Assembly: GCA_000388065.2 (NCBI GenBank)
Contig: KB932201.1
Direction: 5' to 3' (one strand)
DNA from: Fonticula alba ATCC 38817
Lineage: Eukaryota; Protista; Nucleariida
DNA length: 64,000 bases
The position numbers and the translations under genes are program-made. Shown here piece after piece: positions 39,701 to 52,400 of the stretch (positions within the stretch are counted from its first letter, which is position 1; each line of letters opens with the position of its first letter). The notes under the pieces are model-generated. The model was not told the DNA's origin, searched no databases, and saw only the letters and a list, made by a program, of their open reading frames with translations.

Positions 39701-39938
39701 CAAACACCAGCCGGGAGATCTCCTCGACGACCAGACTGGTGGCAACGGCGTGGGAGTCAGCCATCGGGCCCTCGGAGATCTCGCCGTGCCTTCTGGCGGG
39801 CTGCGTGTGTGTAGGGGGAGTCGGGACTGAAGGTGGGAGTGGCTGGTGGCGGCCCTGCGAAGGATGAGGGAGAGGCGGAGGCGGCTGCGCGGACGCCGTG
39901 GGCAGAGGCGGCAGACGACCCCCCTTGTGGGGAGACAT
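34005..39938 (-). CDS. SET1: Set1/SETD1-type H3K4 methyltransferase, ~1724 aa after removing the 113-bp artefact. Exons 39938-36813, 36614-36327, 36264-34898, 34730-34596, 34376-34005; 5' end uncertain (possible upstream exons to ~40330)
   Basis: Win-like [11 protein letters not shown]; [21 protein letters not shown]; IFEYIGELI; [13 protein letters not shown]...[19 protein letters not shown]; [10 protein letters not shown]; post-[18 protein letters not shown]. Confidence 0.9.
36339..36544. other. Assembly artefact: two identical 93-bp copies (36339-36431, 36452-36544) separated by 20 nt of Illumina adapter (36432-36451)
   Basis: 36432-36451 reads AGATCGGAAGAGCGTCGTGT, an exact match to the start of the TruSeq adapter. 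Removing the 113 nt restores the Set1 reading frame. Confidence 0.95.
36693..36769. repeat. (GTGC)n tetranucleotide microsatellite, ~19 units, in a Set1 intron
   Basis: Direct inspection. Confidence 0.95.
38228..39325 (-). repeat. RS-domain coding repeats in Set1: (SRSRSW)n, (RS)n, (SRSP)n
   Basis: Three blocks, at ~39325-39143, ~39060-38888 and ~38352-38228. Confidence 0.9.
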
Positions 39939-40003
39939 CAGGCGGCTTTCTCTCCGGCGAAGAGGAGGACTGGCAGCAGCGGCAGCAGTGGTGGTGGCGG
40001 CAG

Positions 40004-40034
<31 letters not shown>

Positions 40035-41501
40035 GGCGGCGCGACCGGGCAATGACAGAGGAGGGGAGGGAAGGGATGACGCAAGCCGGGAAGGAACGGG
40101 ACAGGCAAATGAACGGATGTGATGGGGTAAGCACACCAAGGTCGCCAGTACGCCGGCTGCACAGAGGAGAGGGAGAGAGAGAGAGGAGGGGGGGAGGGAA
40201 GGGCGAGGAGGCGTGTGGATGTCGATGCCGGAATAGTGGACTTTGTGGCCCTCCCCTTTGGGCCAGGGGCGATCTAACAGCGCAGGTGCGGTCCACGTCC
40301 TCGCTCTGTCTCCTCCTGAAGGAGGAGGGAGATGCGGGCACCGATGCCAAGGCCCTTGCCGTGGCGGCCCCACACTGCCAGCCCAGCGGATGGCGACGAG
40401 GCCGGACACCACCACCACGCTAACACACACACACACACACGCACGCGCGCGCACCGTTCATTTGTCCACTTCGGGACACGAACTGCCCGTCGTCCGGGCT
40501 GGGTGGCAAGTCCGCGCACCGTGTTCACGACTAGCCCCCAACGATTTGCCATGTTGAGACAGGGGCCGATGTGCCAGTGGCGTACCGTGATCATCGTGCA
40601 CATGGGCGCGTGTGATCATCGCCCCGGTCCTCGCCTCTGGCGTAAGGCCCCTCGCCCCCGGGCATGACCAGAGCCCCGGCTTCCGTGGCTCGGCCGCGAT
40701 GCNNNNNNNNNNGGGGGCGGAAAACCATCCACCCCGTTCGGGGGCCAGGGCCGACGAAGGGCCGGCCGGGCGGAACGGGGTTAGTCAACCGAAATTGCCG
40801 CTCCAGACGCCAAGACTCCAAGCGCGTTAACTCCAGCAGACCGATGATACAACCCGGGGGGCGGGACGGGGCGGGGCGGGGCGGGGGACGAAGGAGGGCG
40901 GATCGGCTGTATGAGCCCGCGAAATTGGCTTCCAGCTGCCTAACTTACCAGAGAATGTGCCCGATCTGGGTGTGGGCCCCCTGCGGGGCGGTTGTGGGCC
41001 ATCAGCGGCGCCTCTTTTGGGGGCAAGCAACTCTCCAAGGCGGCCCCGAGGGGGGTGCCTGGGGGGGGGGAAGGGAGCAAGGGCATGTGCATTTACAACA
41101 TATGCCACTAGAAAATACATATTTTATCCCAGGCCAAACATGGTGACAACTGTTGCCTTGTCAGTTCTTGGTGTCTGGGGTGTGGGGGGCGGCCGGCGAC
41201 CTCGATCCGGCCCCTGAGAGGCTGGGCGCGGCGCGGCCCGGCGCGGGGCAAACACGGCTCTTTGGTGGGTGGGGGCGCGGAGCGACGGTCCGAAACGCGG
41301 ACCCCATTTGACGATCCGACCTGGCTGCCGCCCGGTCGCGGCGACATCCATTCAGGCTCCTCTCCCCGATTTGCCCCTCATCCATTTTCCCCCTTTCCCC
41401 TGCTTCCCCCCCCCCCGCCTCCCCTTCTCTCCTTCTCCCTCTCCCCCACTTCCCTCCTCCATCCGTCCGCGTCTCGCCACTCCTTGCCTCACCTCGCCGC
41501 C

Positions 41502-42295
41502 ATGAGCTGGTCCGTTTCCCCTCCGGCTGTCTGTCGGGTTTTCTTCCCCCTCCCATGTCACCACTTCGGTTGCTGACCCGCTCCACACACGCACACACAC
41601 ACACACACAGGAAGGGATTCACCAAGGCCGTCAACCGTCTCCCGCAGCGCGTTCTGCAGAAGGCCGGCTACGCTGAGGGTGCGCACTTGCCCATCTTCCT
41701 GCCCTGCTTCCGTCTCTCCGCCTCTGTCAGACACATGTTCCCCACTCCTGTGCAACCACTCCCTCTACTGACCTCTCCCTACCACTCCTGTCGTTGACCC
41801 CCCTCCCCCCTTTCCGCACACACACACACACATAGAGACCCACGATCCTGACTTCGAGCAGATCGAAATCCTGTTCAAGGACTTCGAGTCGGCCGCCAAG
41901 AAGCTCCAGGAGGACACGAAGGCCTTCCAGAGGGCCGTTCAGGGCCTGCTTAACCACCAGGCCGCCATCGGCACCTCCTTCGAGCAGGTCTTTGCGCCGG
42001 TCTCCTCGCGCGTTGGTGCGGCGGCTGCCAGCTCGGCCGAGCAGTCTCCCCAGCTGGCCTCCACCTCGGTGAATGCCCAGTCCATCGCCTCCTATGTGGG
42101 CGTGTCGAAGGATTGGAATGAGCGCCAGCTCCAGATCATGGTACGCTCCGGTGCTTCTACCACGCCCACTTGTGGTCGGGTTTTTTCCCCACCCAACTGC
42201 ACCTCCCCCTCCGTCTATCAGGCCGCCTCAAAGTCCTTGCTCTCATCCCTCTGCTCCTCTCTCTCTGTCTCTTTCTCTCTCTCTCTCTGTCTCTT

Positions 42296-42357
<62 letters not shown>

Positions 42358-43662
42358 TGTCTCTCTCTCTCTGTCTCTCTCTCTCTCTGTCTCTCTCCCT
42401 CTCCATCGTCTGACTCACCCCCCCCTCTTCACACACCGCCCTTATCCTCCTTCCAACCCGGGCAACTGCCTGCCCCCCATCATCCGGTCGCCCGCAGCTC
42501 GACTCCCTTGAGGCGGTTGTCGTGAAGCCCTGCGAGGAGCTCATGGAGATTGTCAAGGCCGCTCGGTCGACCATCGACAAGCGCAATCGCAAGCATGTAG
42601 ACTATGACCGGTACTACACGGCCCTCAAGAAGGCCCAGGAGAAGGAGAACTCCAACCCCTCGGACATGCTGCGTGCCGAGCAGAACTACAACGAGGCAAA
42701 GGCCCAGTATGACTACTACAATGAGCTGTGCAAGAATGAGGTGCCGCTGCTGTATGACATGCGTGTGGCCTTCATGGATCCGGTCATCGAGATGCTTGTG
42801 CGCTTCCAGTTCGGCTTCTTCAACGACATCACCAACCTCATGTACCCGATGAGCAATGAGTTGGATCTCGGCGACCCGGCTCTGGAGGACACCTACAAGG
42901 ACAGCATGGCCCCGGTCCTCGAGAGCATGGTCGACATTCGGATCTTCAATGCCCGCATCATCGATCCGTCTCTGCCGGTGGCTGTCCCGCTGCCGGGCAC
43001 GCCGGGCGGCCCGCCGGGCCCGACCGGTGGGGCCGGATCGCCGCCCGGATCGCCGACCGGCGCGTCCTCCAAGGCCGATTCCTTCGGTCCGCCGCCGACC
43101 GGCGGGGCCTCGGGCTTTGGTGCCCCGCCGGCCGCCGGGGCCGCGGGGTTCAGCGCGCCGCCGGCGGCTCGCTCAAGTCCCGCCATCCCGTCTTCCATCC
43201 CGCCGTCGCTGCCGCGCTCCCCGACTGCCCGGGCTTCGGATGTCATCTGCTATGCGCATGCCGCTTACGACTATCAGTCTGACACCCCGGGGGATTTGTC
43301 CTTCACCTCGGGCCAGCGCATTGCCATCATCAAGCGGACACCCTCCCAGGAGGACTGGTGGACCGGTCGCCTGGACAACGGCCAGTCTGGCATTTTCCCT
43401 GGTGCGTTTCGGTTTGCCCTCTGCTCCTTGCCTTTTGTCATTGCTCCTGTATGCGCTCCTGCCGTTGGGCTATGGTGGCCGCCTCTTCCCTCCCCCGCCG
43501 GAAGAGTGCCCTTTCTGTTTCGCCTTGCTCCCCTCGCCCCCCTCCCCCCTTTTTTGCTAATGTTTCCTCATGGTTGCATTTCTTCCCCACCCTTCGATGT
43601 TGTCTGCCTCGCGTGGGGCCATGTCTGCGCATTTTCCAGCCAACTATGTGGTGCTCGAGTAA
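41502..43662 (+). CDS. RVS167: Rvs167/amphiphysin-type N-BAR + SH3 protein, 435 aa. Exons 41502-41509, 41611-41678, 41836-42140, 42498-43401, 43640-43662
   Basis: MSWKGFTKAVNRLPQ N-terminal amphipathic helix; KRNRKHVDYDRY; YDYYNELCKNEVPLL; G/P/A linker; SH3 AHAAYDYQSDTPGDLSF...QEDWWTGRL...GIFPANYV. Confidence 0.92.
42259..42400. repeat. (CT)n/(CTGT) compound microsatellite in Rvs167 intron 3
   Basis: Direct inspection. Similar CT, CA and poly-C tracts occupy many introns. Confidence 0.9.
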
Positions 43663-44622
43663 GTGCATTTTCCTGCGGCGGCGCTGTGTGCATCGGCGTG
43701 TGAATGCCGCGGCCATGTTGCTATGTGCATCTTCTCCTTCACGGCGCGCGACAAAAAGAGCGACAGCGGGCGAGGGGGGCATCGTCAGCAGCAGCAGCAG
43801 CAAGCGGAGCCCCCTCCCATCTTTCATCTCGCGCGCGCATGACCCCATACTGCATACGCACACACACTTGCACCTCCCCCCTGCCCCCGATATCCATGCG
43901 TCACGCCCGTATGCATGGACACATCTCTCTTTTTTTTTCACCGGGAAGCGTGCAGGTGGTGGGACACAGGGGGCCGACAGGCGCTGCCCCCTCGTCTCCC
44001 TCTCTGCTCCTCTCCCTCTCTATCCTCCAGAAGACGGCCCTCCACACACGGCCCAGGCAAAAATAAACCACGTCCACGTGTATGTTAGACATTCCTTTTT
44101 TTTTCGCCCCTCGGCTGCCCAGGCTAGCGTCCTTTCTTCATGCACACGGGCGGGGACGCACACCCGCCTTTGCATGTGGGCATGCACGAGCAAACGGGAG
44201 AAAAGGCATTGTGCCTGTCCCCCACTGCTTGCTCATGTCTTTCTCGCGGCCGCCTTCCCCTCTGGCAGGAGTCCTGCCATGGTTCGGGCCTCTGTCCCTC
44301 CGGTCTCCCCTCCTCCTCCCCTCCCGCGAGGGCGCACATGCTCCACCGGCTCACGATGATGTCTATTTTCTCGGAGGCCACGTCCCGGACGTCTCAGCCT
44401 AATGCCGACGGAGGATGTCGTGGGTGCACAGGGGGGCGGGGGGGGACGAAAGCCAGATGCCCGGCGGTTGTCCCCCTCGGTCGTTCGGCTGCCGCTTGGA
44501 CTCCTCGGGTGTGTGTTCTGCGGTTGTTCCGACTTTGCATGCTTCCTCGGAAAGGCACCGGGCCGCTGGATGGTGGCCGTGGGAGGGGGAAAAACAGAAA
44601 GGCCGACTGCCTGGCAAGTGTG

Positions 44623-47600
44623 TCAGGATCCTGCAGCCGGAGCAGCGTGGCAGCCGCCGCAGCAGGCCGCCTGCGACTGGGCGAGGACCATGTGCCTCAG
44701 AGCTCGATGGTCGGTCAGCACAGCAGTCCCGGCGGTGTGTGGCGGAGGCCGGAGGCCGCTGGCATCGGGCCCGGCGTCGTCACGGCCGAGGCCCAGCGAT
44801 GTGCATGCCAGGTCCACCAGCCGGGCTCGCGTGGCCAACAGGCAACTCACCGGTCGAGCGGGCCAGCAAAAGAGTGCCTCCCAGGCAGGGCCACCGCCAT
44901 CATCGCCGGTGCCACGACGGCGCATGCCGCCCCCGGGGGCCGCCGCTTGGTGCTGTTGTTTGTGAGCGGCGGCCGCTTCGGCCGAGGCCGCCGGTCCGAA
45001 GGTCCCGCCAATGGCCGGTGCCAAGGCCACGACGGCCGATGCCAGGGACTCTTGGCAGGCGTGGTGCAGGACCAGCAGCAGGCGCACCAGGGCCAGCGCT
45101 CGGCCCGGCTGGCCCCGAGCCAGAGCCACGCTCAGTTGGCCATCTGCCAGCAGGGCCAGCACAAAGGCCAGCCCTCCGGGGGAGGTGTCCTCCATGGCCG
45201 CCCAGGCTTTGCGCTGTGTCAGGGCATTCAACTTGTGCTCGAGGATGGGGATCGCCGCGTCGGCGGCCGGGCCGGGGGGTTTGGGCGGGCCTCCCGCCGG
45301 GGCCGGAGGCCACCGCCGTGCCGAGGCCCACATCTCCAGCAGCTGCGTGGCCTCCTCGACATTAGGGGCCTCGCCCGAGGCCAGGAGGCCGGCCAACTGC
45401 CGGGCAGCAAGGCCCTCCGGCTCGATGGCGTCAAGCGTCTCGTGCAGCCAGCCCGGCGTCGGGGTTTGGCCGGCCACGCCGGCGGCCCCTGTGCCCCAGC
45501 CGGCGGGGGCGACTTCATCCAGGCACATGGAGATGGGGATGGGCTGGATGCCGCGGATGCGCGCCGAGCTGATTTGACTGGCTGGAGCCCCGGCCGCATG
45601 CCAGCGCTCGTCCAGGTCGTCGTGCGAGAAGTCGAAGTACCTCGAGGATGGTGATGCCCGGGGCGTGCCTCCTCCGGCCGGCCGGCGGGGGGCATCATCC
45701 CCGCTGGGCAAGTGGCCCGGGTCCAAGGCGCCGGCCGCCATGGGGAGCTCGATGTCGGAGCTGCTGGAGGGCAATGCGCCGAGGTTGGGGGAGAATTGCT
45801 CCTCGGCGGCCAGGGTGCGCGCCGGCCCGGGGCCACGCTGCTGGCCATGCCCCACGGTCGATGGGCAGACATCCAGCCGAATGGCCCCAAGTAGCTGGCA
45901 CCCTGCCGGCAATTGGGCCGCCAGCGCCTCGAGAGTGGTCGGGGCGGTGGCGGGATCCGGGCCGGCCCCCGTGTCGGATGGGTCCCCGCCGCGCGGAGAC
46001 ATGTGCCCAGCGCGTGAGTTCCCCCGGGCCTGGCCATTCATGCTGCCCGGGCGACCGCTTGCGCCCCCGCGCAAGTGCGTCAGGGACAGGTACAGTGAAA
46101 TCGACCGATGCGACAGGGACTGATAGGCCGAGGGTTGGGGCAGGCGAACTGGGCGGTTGCCATTGAAGGCACGGGGGACCCCGGCTACGCGCGCGTGCGC
46201 GCGTGGCATCAGTTGAATGGCACCAGTGGGAGAGGGTGTCAGTGGAAGTGTGGGCTTGATCCCGAGCATGTGTGTTTGTGTGTGTGTGTGTGTGTGGTGG
46301 GGTATGTCGATGGAGCACGCTTGCACATGCGCGCATGCCTCGCGGCCCCGGCCCGCCTCCCCTCTGAAATGGTTTCCCCGAGTGGATGACCATCAAATGC
46401 CGCCCCCATGAGACCAGGCATCTCCCTTCTCTAGCCCCCTCCCCCCCCCCCACCCCCCCCGGCCCTAGCGGCCAGGCTCCTCGCACCGTCAGACTTCCCG
46501 GAGAAGAGAGCCTCGGTCGGGGTGTTCCAGCACCCGACCCGCAGTGGCCGGGCCAAGGGTGCGGCCATGCGCAAATGCAAGTCCGTCAGCTGGCGGAGGA
46601 TCCGCCGCGAGGAGGACTCCACCTCCACGCGGATGCGCCAGTGGGCCAGCTCATAGGGGAGGGCCCCCACCGGCCGGAGCCCCAGCAGGGGGGCGGGCCC
46701 TGGGGGGGAGCTGGCCGGCGTTGGCGGCCCCAGGACTTTGAGGATGCACGGCTGGGCCGGCGAGCAGGTGAAGAGGAGCAGGCCACTGGCGGCATCGCTG
46801 ACGGACATTCGAATCCCCGGGAGCAGGTCGATCGCCGGGGGGGCACGCCCTTCGGCCGCACCGCCCTTGGGCCCGTGCGCCGTGGAGGTGCCAGGGACAT
46901 CGGCCGTCGCTTGGATGGCCTCATACAGCAGCCCGCCAAGGCCCGGCAGGGAGATCTCCCGCCAGGGCTCGAGAGCCGGCGACCGGCAGGGATCCAGCAA
47001 GTAGGTCAGCGTCAGTCGCCAGATGTTGCCACCCGACGTTTGGAGCCTCCCTCCATGTGGCTGTTGCTGTTGCTGGTGGTGGTGGTGGTGGTGCTGCTGC
47101 TGCTGCTGTGGCGGTAGGGGGGCCATGTCGGGCGTGGACATGCCGCGTGGCGAGATATCATGCCGCGCGGTGGCCGGCAGCGCGGGCGAGTGTCCGGCCG
47201 TGCCGCCCGGCAGTGTGTCCAGGCCGGCTGGCAGGCGCGCCAGTTCCCATTCTGCCGGGTGACAAATCCAGGCCGCATGGTGGAGGCTTGCTCGAGGCAG
47301 GATGGCGTCCGCGCACTGGCACATTGCCAAGCGGGAAGAACGTGGCCAAGGGGCCGGGGGAGCATGTCAGCATGGGTGCTCGGGCGCCGGGGGGAAAAGC
47401 GGTGTCCACTCTCAGGCCGCCCGGGGGGGCGGGGGGGTGCCGCCGGTGGGAGAGCAAAAGTGGGCACCCCCATGCGATGGCGGGGCCCATGGCGAGAGGC
47501 CCAAGGGCGGGAGGAGCGAAGGGAAATGGCGAGCATGAGGGGAAGAGGAAGGCCCCCCCCCCCCTCCCCCCTCCCCCCCCGCCCCCCCCCGAAGCAAGTG

Positions 47601-49376
47601 ACCGAAAACGCACGCCAATCCCCCGGATGCGCAGGTGCCGGAAGCCCTGAGCCGGCAGCCGGCCGGCCGTCAGGCTGAATGCTGCCGACCCCATGTGGTG
47701 CCCATGGGTCGGTTGGTCCCACTCGGGGTGGGCTCCGCCGAAGCGGACCACCAATTCGATGTCCACCCCGGCTGTGATCAGGTAGCACGGGGGCAGGAGG
47801 CTGAGCCGGCCATGGGCGGGCGCCGGGCCGCCCTCCTCGTCCTGTGTGGCGGCTGGCGGCTGCGGCTGGTGCGGCTGCGAAGAGGAAGAGGCATCGGCGT
47901 CCGGGCCGCTCATGCCATTCATCGAGTGCTGCGTGGCGCGGGCAATGCATAGCTCCCACACGGAGCCGGCGGTCACGCGCATCGGAGCCACGTAGCGTAG
48001 CGGGGCCTCCGGGGCGACGGCCGGGCCGGTGGCGGCCAGCGGCGGCGACGTCGGCAAGTCGTCCAGACACACCAGGTGCCGGTGCAGCTGCGAGACCGTG
48101 TGGTCCGAGTCGTCGGCACAGCCGCCGGCCACGAGGAGGGTTGCTCGCTGCTGGCCGGCGCCCGAGCGGCCGGTGCCTGGGCCCCGGCCGCCGGCCGGGA
48201 GGAAGGCCTCCACCGGGGCCGTGGCCAGGGAGCTGGCACTGGGCAGCCGGCGGCCGCGAGCCATAAAGGGGATCCGCCCGCCGAGGCTGGCAGCATGGCC
48301 GACGGCGGCGGCGGCAGCCCCAGCCTCGCCGGTGGGTGAACCCCTGGCGGCCGGGGCCTCGCTTTGAGATGGATGCGACACGCGGATGTACACATGGGCC
48401 ACGGACACCCCGGCCGGCACTTGGAGGAATGTGCGCCAGGGCTTACGCGAGGTAACGCGTCGGGTGCCCAGACAGAAGCCATCACGCAGGATTTGCCCCT
48501 GGTCCGGCATGGCGGCGGCGGCGGCGGCGGCGGCTGCGGCGGCGGCGGCGGCGGCGGCTGCGGCAGATGCCGTGGCAGATGGCTGCCCCTGGCCGGCGGC
48601 CGGTGTCATGCTCGGCCCCCCGGCGGGCAGGGCGCCACCGGGTGGGCCAATGCCCTCCGGCGACACCGGGGCCGTGGCCTGGCCGCCAGCGGGTGAGGTG
48701 GCGGAGGCGGCGGCCGCCGCGGCCAGAGCGGCCGGCGGCGGCGGCAGCAGCGAGCGCGACCGGGCAATGCAAATCAGGAGCCGGCAAAGGGGCCCGTGCT
48801 GGATGCCCGGCCCTGGCCGCGTGCCCGGCAAAACCAGCACCTCGGCCGAGTGGAGGCCCGGTGCTGGTGTGTGTGTGTGTGTGTGCGTGCGAAGGGGCAT
48901 CCCCGGAGGTGAGCAACAGTGCGAAGCCACATCGAGGGCTGGGGAAGGGCGCGCGTAGGGATGCGACCCGGGCGCTTGCAGGTGTGCTCTTCCTCCGCCG
49001 CCTTCCGACCGGCCTTCTGCTCGGGGCCAGACAGCCGGGGATGCAAAAAAAAAAAACCCCGAAAAAACCGCCGCCGGGTAGACGCACCGAGGGGACTGGC
49101 ATCGACAACAATGTCAAACACGGCGTCCGTGGCTCCGGTCCCCGGGCCGGGGAGACGGATGCGCTCCGGCACGACCACCCATGCGGCCGACGATTGCGCC
49201 GCCAAGAAGGGCTCCTGCGGCTCGGCATGCCCGGCAAGGTCGGCCCCAGCGCCGGCCAGGCGGACGCGATGGCGCACCGGCCCCAGGAGGTCGGCACTGG
49301 TCGGCGGCAGGCGCAAAACCAAGGATCGTGCGTGGCGCAGGTCCGGCAGTGTCATGATCGCCTCGCGGGGCTGCGC

Positions 49377-49407
<31 letters not shown>

Positions 49408-52400
49408 TGTCCGTCAGCGGGCCGGCACGCGTCAGGGGAGGGGCGCGGTGGGAGGGGCCCGGCGAAGGCCGTCTCCCTGGGGCTTGGCCCAAAGGGCGGG
49501 GGCTTTTGCCGCGACAAAACCACGTACATGCCAGCCCAGCCGGACGAATTGAAGCAGCCATTCGGCCGCCCGGTCGACACGGATCAAGCCGCATCCCTGG
49601 GACAGACGCTAGGCGGGGGGAGATATTTCTCGTGTCAGTGACAGATCCTTCGGCCTGGCTGCTGCCACAGGGCGGCCATGCCCACGGGAGGGGGGGGGAG
49701 GGGCCGGGGAGGACCGGCGCGAGGGCCACAACGTCTTCCCGCATGTCGGGGCTGCCCCCACCACCGGACGGGTGGCCTCTTCCCCGGCCGGCCCCCTTGC
49801 TCCCTGTGCCACCGGCCAGGGCGGGCAGGGCAGCGCCTGGCGAGCAGTGCGGCCGGCGGCACCCCCCCCCCCCCCCGCCCCCCGCCCCCCGTCTTCCGGG
49901 CGCACGCACCTCAGCTCCTCGAACCGGCCGGGCGGTGTTTTCCAGAGCCCGGCGCAGGACCGCCGGCAGGACGCGCTCACGCGGGCAGCGCCGCCGCCCG
50001 TGCGCATCGCCACAGGTGCCCGGGGCCCGGGGCCGGCCGAACAGGCCATGGGTGTTGGCCGCCTCGCGGCCGGAGCACGCGCACCCGGGCTGCAGGTGGC
50101 GATCGGGCCCGGCGCCCGCGCCGCGGCCGGCCGACAGCTCGGGCGTCCCGCGCACGAAGCTGATCAGGCAGGCGGCCGCCCCGGCCACCAGCGGCGCGGC
50201 GATCGAGGTGCCGCTCTTCAGCAAGAAGCCGCCGGTGGTGCCGAGCGGGTCGCGCAGCAGCAGGCCCGCATTGGAGGCCCCGGGCCCAAGGAGCCCATAG
50301 CGCCCGGCCCCGACCAGGGCCATGCCCGGGGCCACCACGCCCGGGCCTTGGGCAAACTGCGGGCCGGCCGCCGGGCCGGTGGCCGTGAAGGGAAAGACCG
50401 CCCCGGGGGCCAGGCCATCGCGGCACTGCTGGGCAAAGTCCTCCTCCCAGCCCGGGCTCCCGGGCACGGTGGCCTGGCTGAGGTGCGCGCGCTCGAGCTC
50501 CAGCAGCCGGGCCATCGGGTCGTCCGGGTCCATGTCCGGCTCCGGGCCCGGCGAGGCGGCCAGCTTCGGGTAGATGCCCGGCCCGGGCCCGGGGCCGGCC
50601 GGCCGCGAGCACATGTTCAGCTCCGAGGTGACGGCCTCATGGGTGAGGGCTTGCATTTGGCTGCTGAGGTAGGCGCCCACCGGGAGGACGGTGGCCGCGC
50701 CGTAGGCCCCGCCCGGGGCCCCGCAGGACCCCATCAGCGGCCCGCGATTGCCGGCGCTGCACACCACCAGCACCCCGGCCCGGCGGGCCTCGGCAAAGGC
50801 GGCATACAGCCCGGCGGCCGGGGTGCCGGCGGCCGGGCCGGCCCCGGTCGCCCCGCAGTCCGGGCCCCACCGGACCTCCTCGCCGTAGGACATGTTGATG
50901 ATGTCGGCGCCGAGGGCCACCGCCAGGCGGACGGCGCGTGCCACGGCGCGCGAGCATTCCACCCCGTCCACCCAGACGCCGCTGCTGGCCGGCGGCTCAT
51001 CCTGCAGGCCGGTGTACGGGGCCGCCGGGCCGGGGGAAATCCGCAGGGACAGGAGCTGGGCCGCCGGGGCGGCGCCCCCGCGCGCCGGCGCATCCGGATG
51101 ATGCCCGGCCAGCAGGGCGGCCACATTGGTGCCATGCTCGCTGGACGCCGTCACCAGGCACACGGTGTCCGGCAGGTCCGACGCCAGGGCCCCGGCGGCG
51201 GTGTCCCCCCCCGGCCGGGCGGTGGGGCTGCTCGGGTGGGTGGCCATGGCCAGCAGGGCCGCCGGCCGCAGCGGCGACCGCGGATCCTCCGCCAGCCCCG
51301 GGGTCATGGGCGAGAGGGCCGCCTCGGCCCCCGGGGCCAGGCCATTCGGCTGGCTGGTGAAGTCGCCGAAGTCCACGGTGAAGTTGATGGCGCGGCCGAT
51401 GTCCCCCGAGCCGGCCGGGGCCAGCTGGGAAAAGCCATGCTCGTGGCCTGGCAAATGGCCGATGGTTAGTGTCGAGGCGGCGTGTGGCTTACGGGGTTGT
51501 TTTTCTTTTTCTTTTTTTTCCACTTTCCCCGCCCTGTGACAAGGCGGTCCCCTGACCGACCGGCAGACCCCGGCGAGGAGACCCCACAACCAGCCCGGCT
51601 GGCCCTTCCCCCCTCGGCGTGTCCCCTGCGCTCGGTCGCCACCCTGCCCGCCCTGCCCGGTGGGGGGCGCCATCCGTCGGCGCGGGCAGCGGCCCGCCCG
51701 GGCATGCCGCCTTCACGTACGGAAGCTGGCCAGCGGCATGCGCTGGAGCAGGCTGCCGGTGCATGTGGTGTCGACCACGGCACGCAGGAGCCCCGTGCGC
51801 GAGCACCGGAACACCACAACATCCATGATCGGGCCCGGGTCGGCGGGGGCCGTGGCTTCGACCAGCTGCTCCAGCGCATCCAGCTGGGTCAGGAGCTCGG
51901 CGGCGGTGGGTGTCCCGGGCGGCGGCACGGCGGCGGCCGCGGCGGCGGGGGCGGCGGCACCGCCGCCCCCGCCGGCCCCGGGGCCCAGCACCGGCGGGTC
52001 CAGGAGCCCGGCCCGGCGGGCGCTTTCCGAGGCGCCGCGATTGGCGAACAGGTGGTGCAGCTCCACGAGCTGCCGCGCGGCGTCTGCCAACTCCTCGGCA
52101 TCGATGCGCTGAGTCCGGCCCCGGGCACGGACCTGCGACCGGAGCCGGCAAAGGGCCGACAGCACGGTCGAAGCGAATTGCGTCCGGCGCCGGGCGCGGT
52201 CCTCCTTGGGCCGGTGAATGGGATGCCGGTCAGTGGAAATGCCTTTGCCATGGAAAGGGCGGCAGACAGGGGGGGAGGGGCCGAGGAGAAGGGCAGGGGT
52301 CCTGGCGGTCTCCGAGTGGGCTCTGGCCACTGGCTGCGGCTGCTTTGCGCGCGCGCGCGCGCGCGGGGAGAGGGGAGGAGGGCGGCAAGCCCGGCACGCC

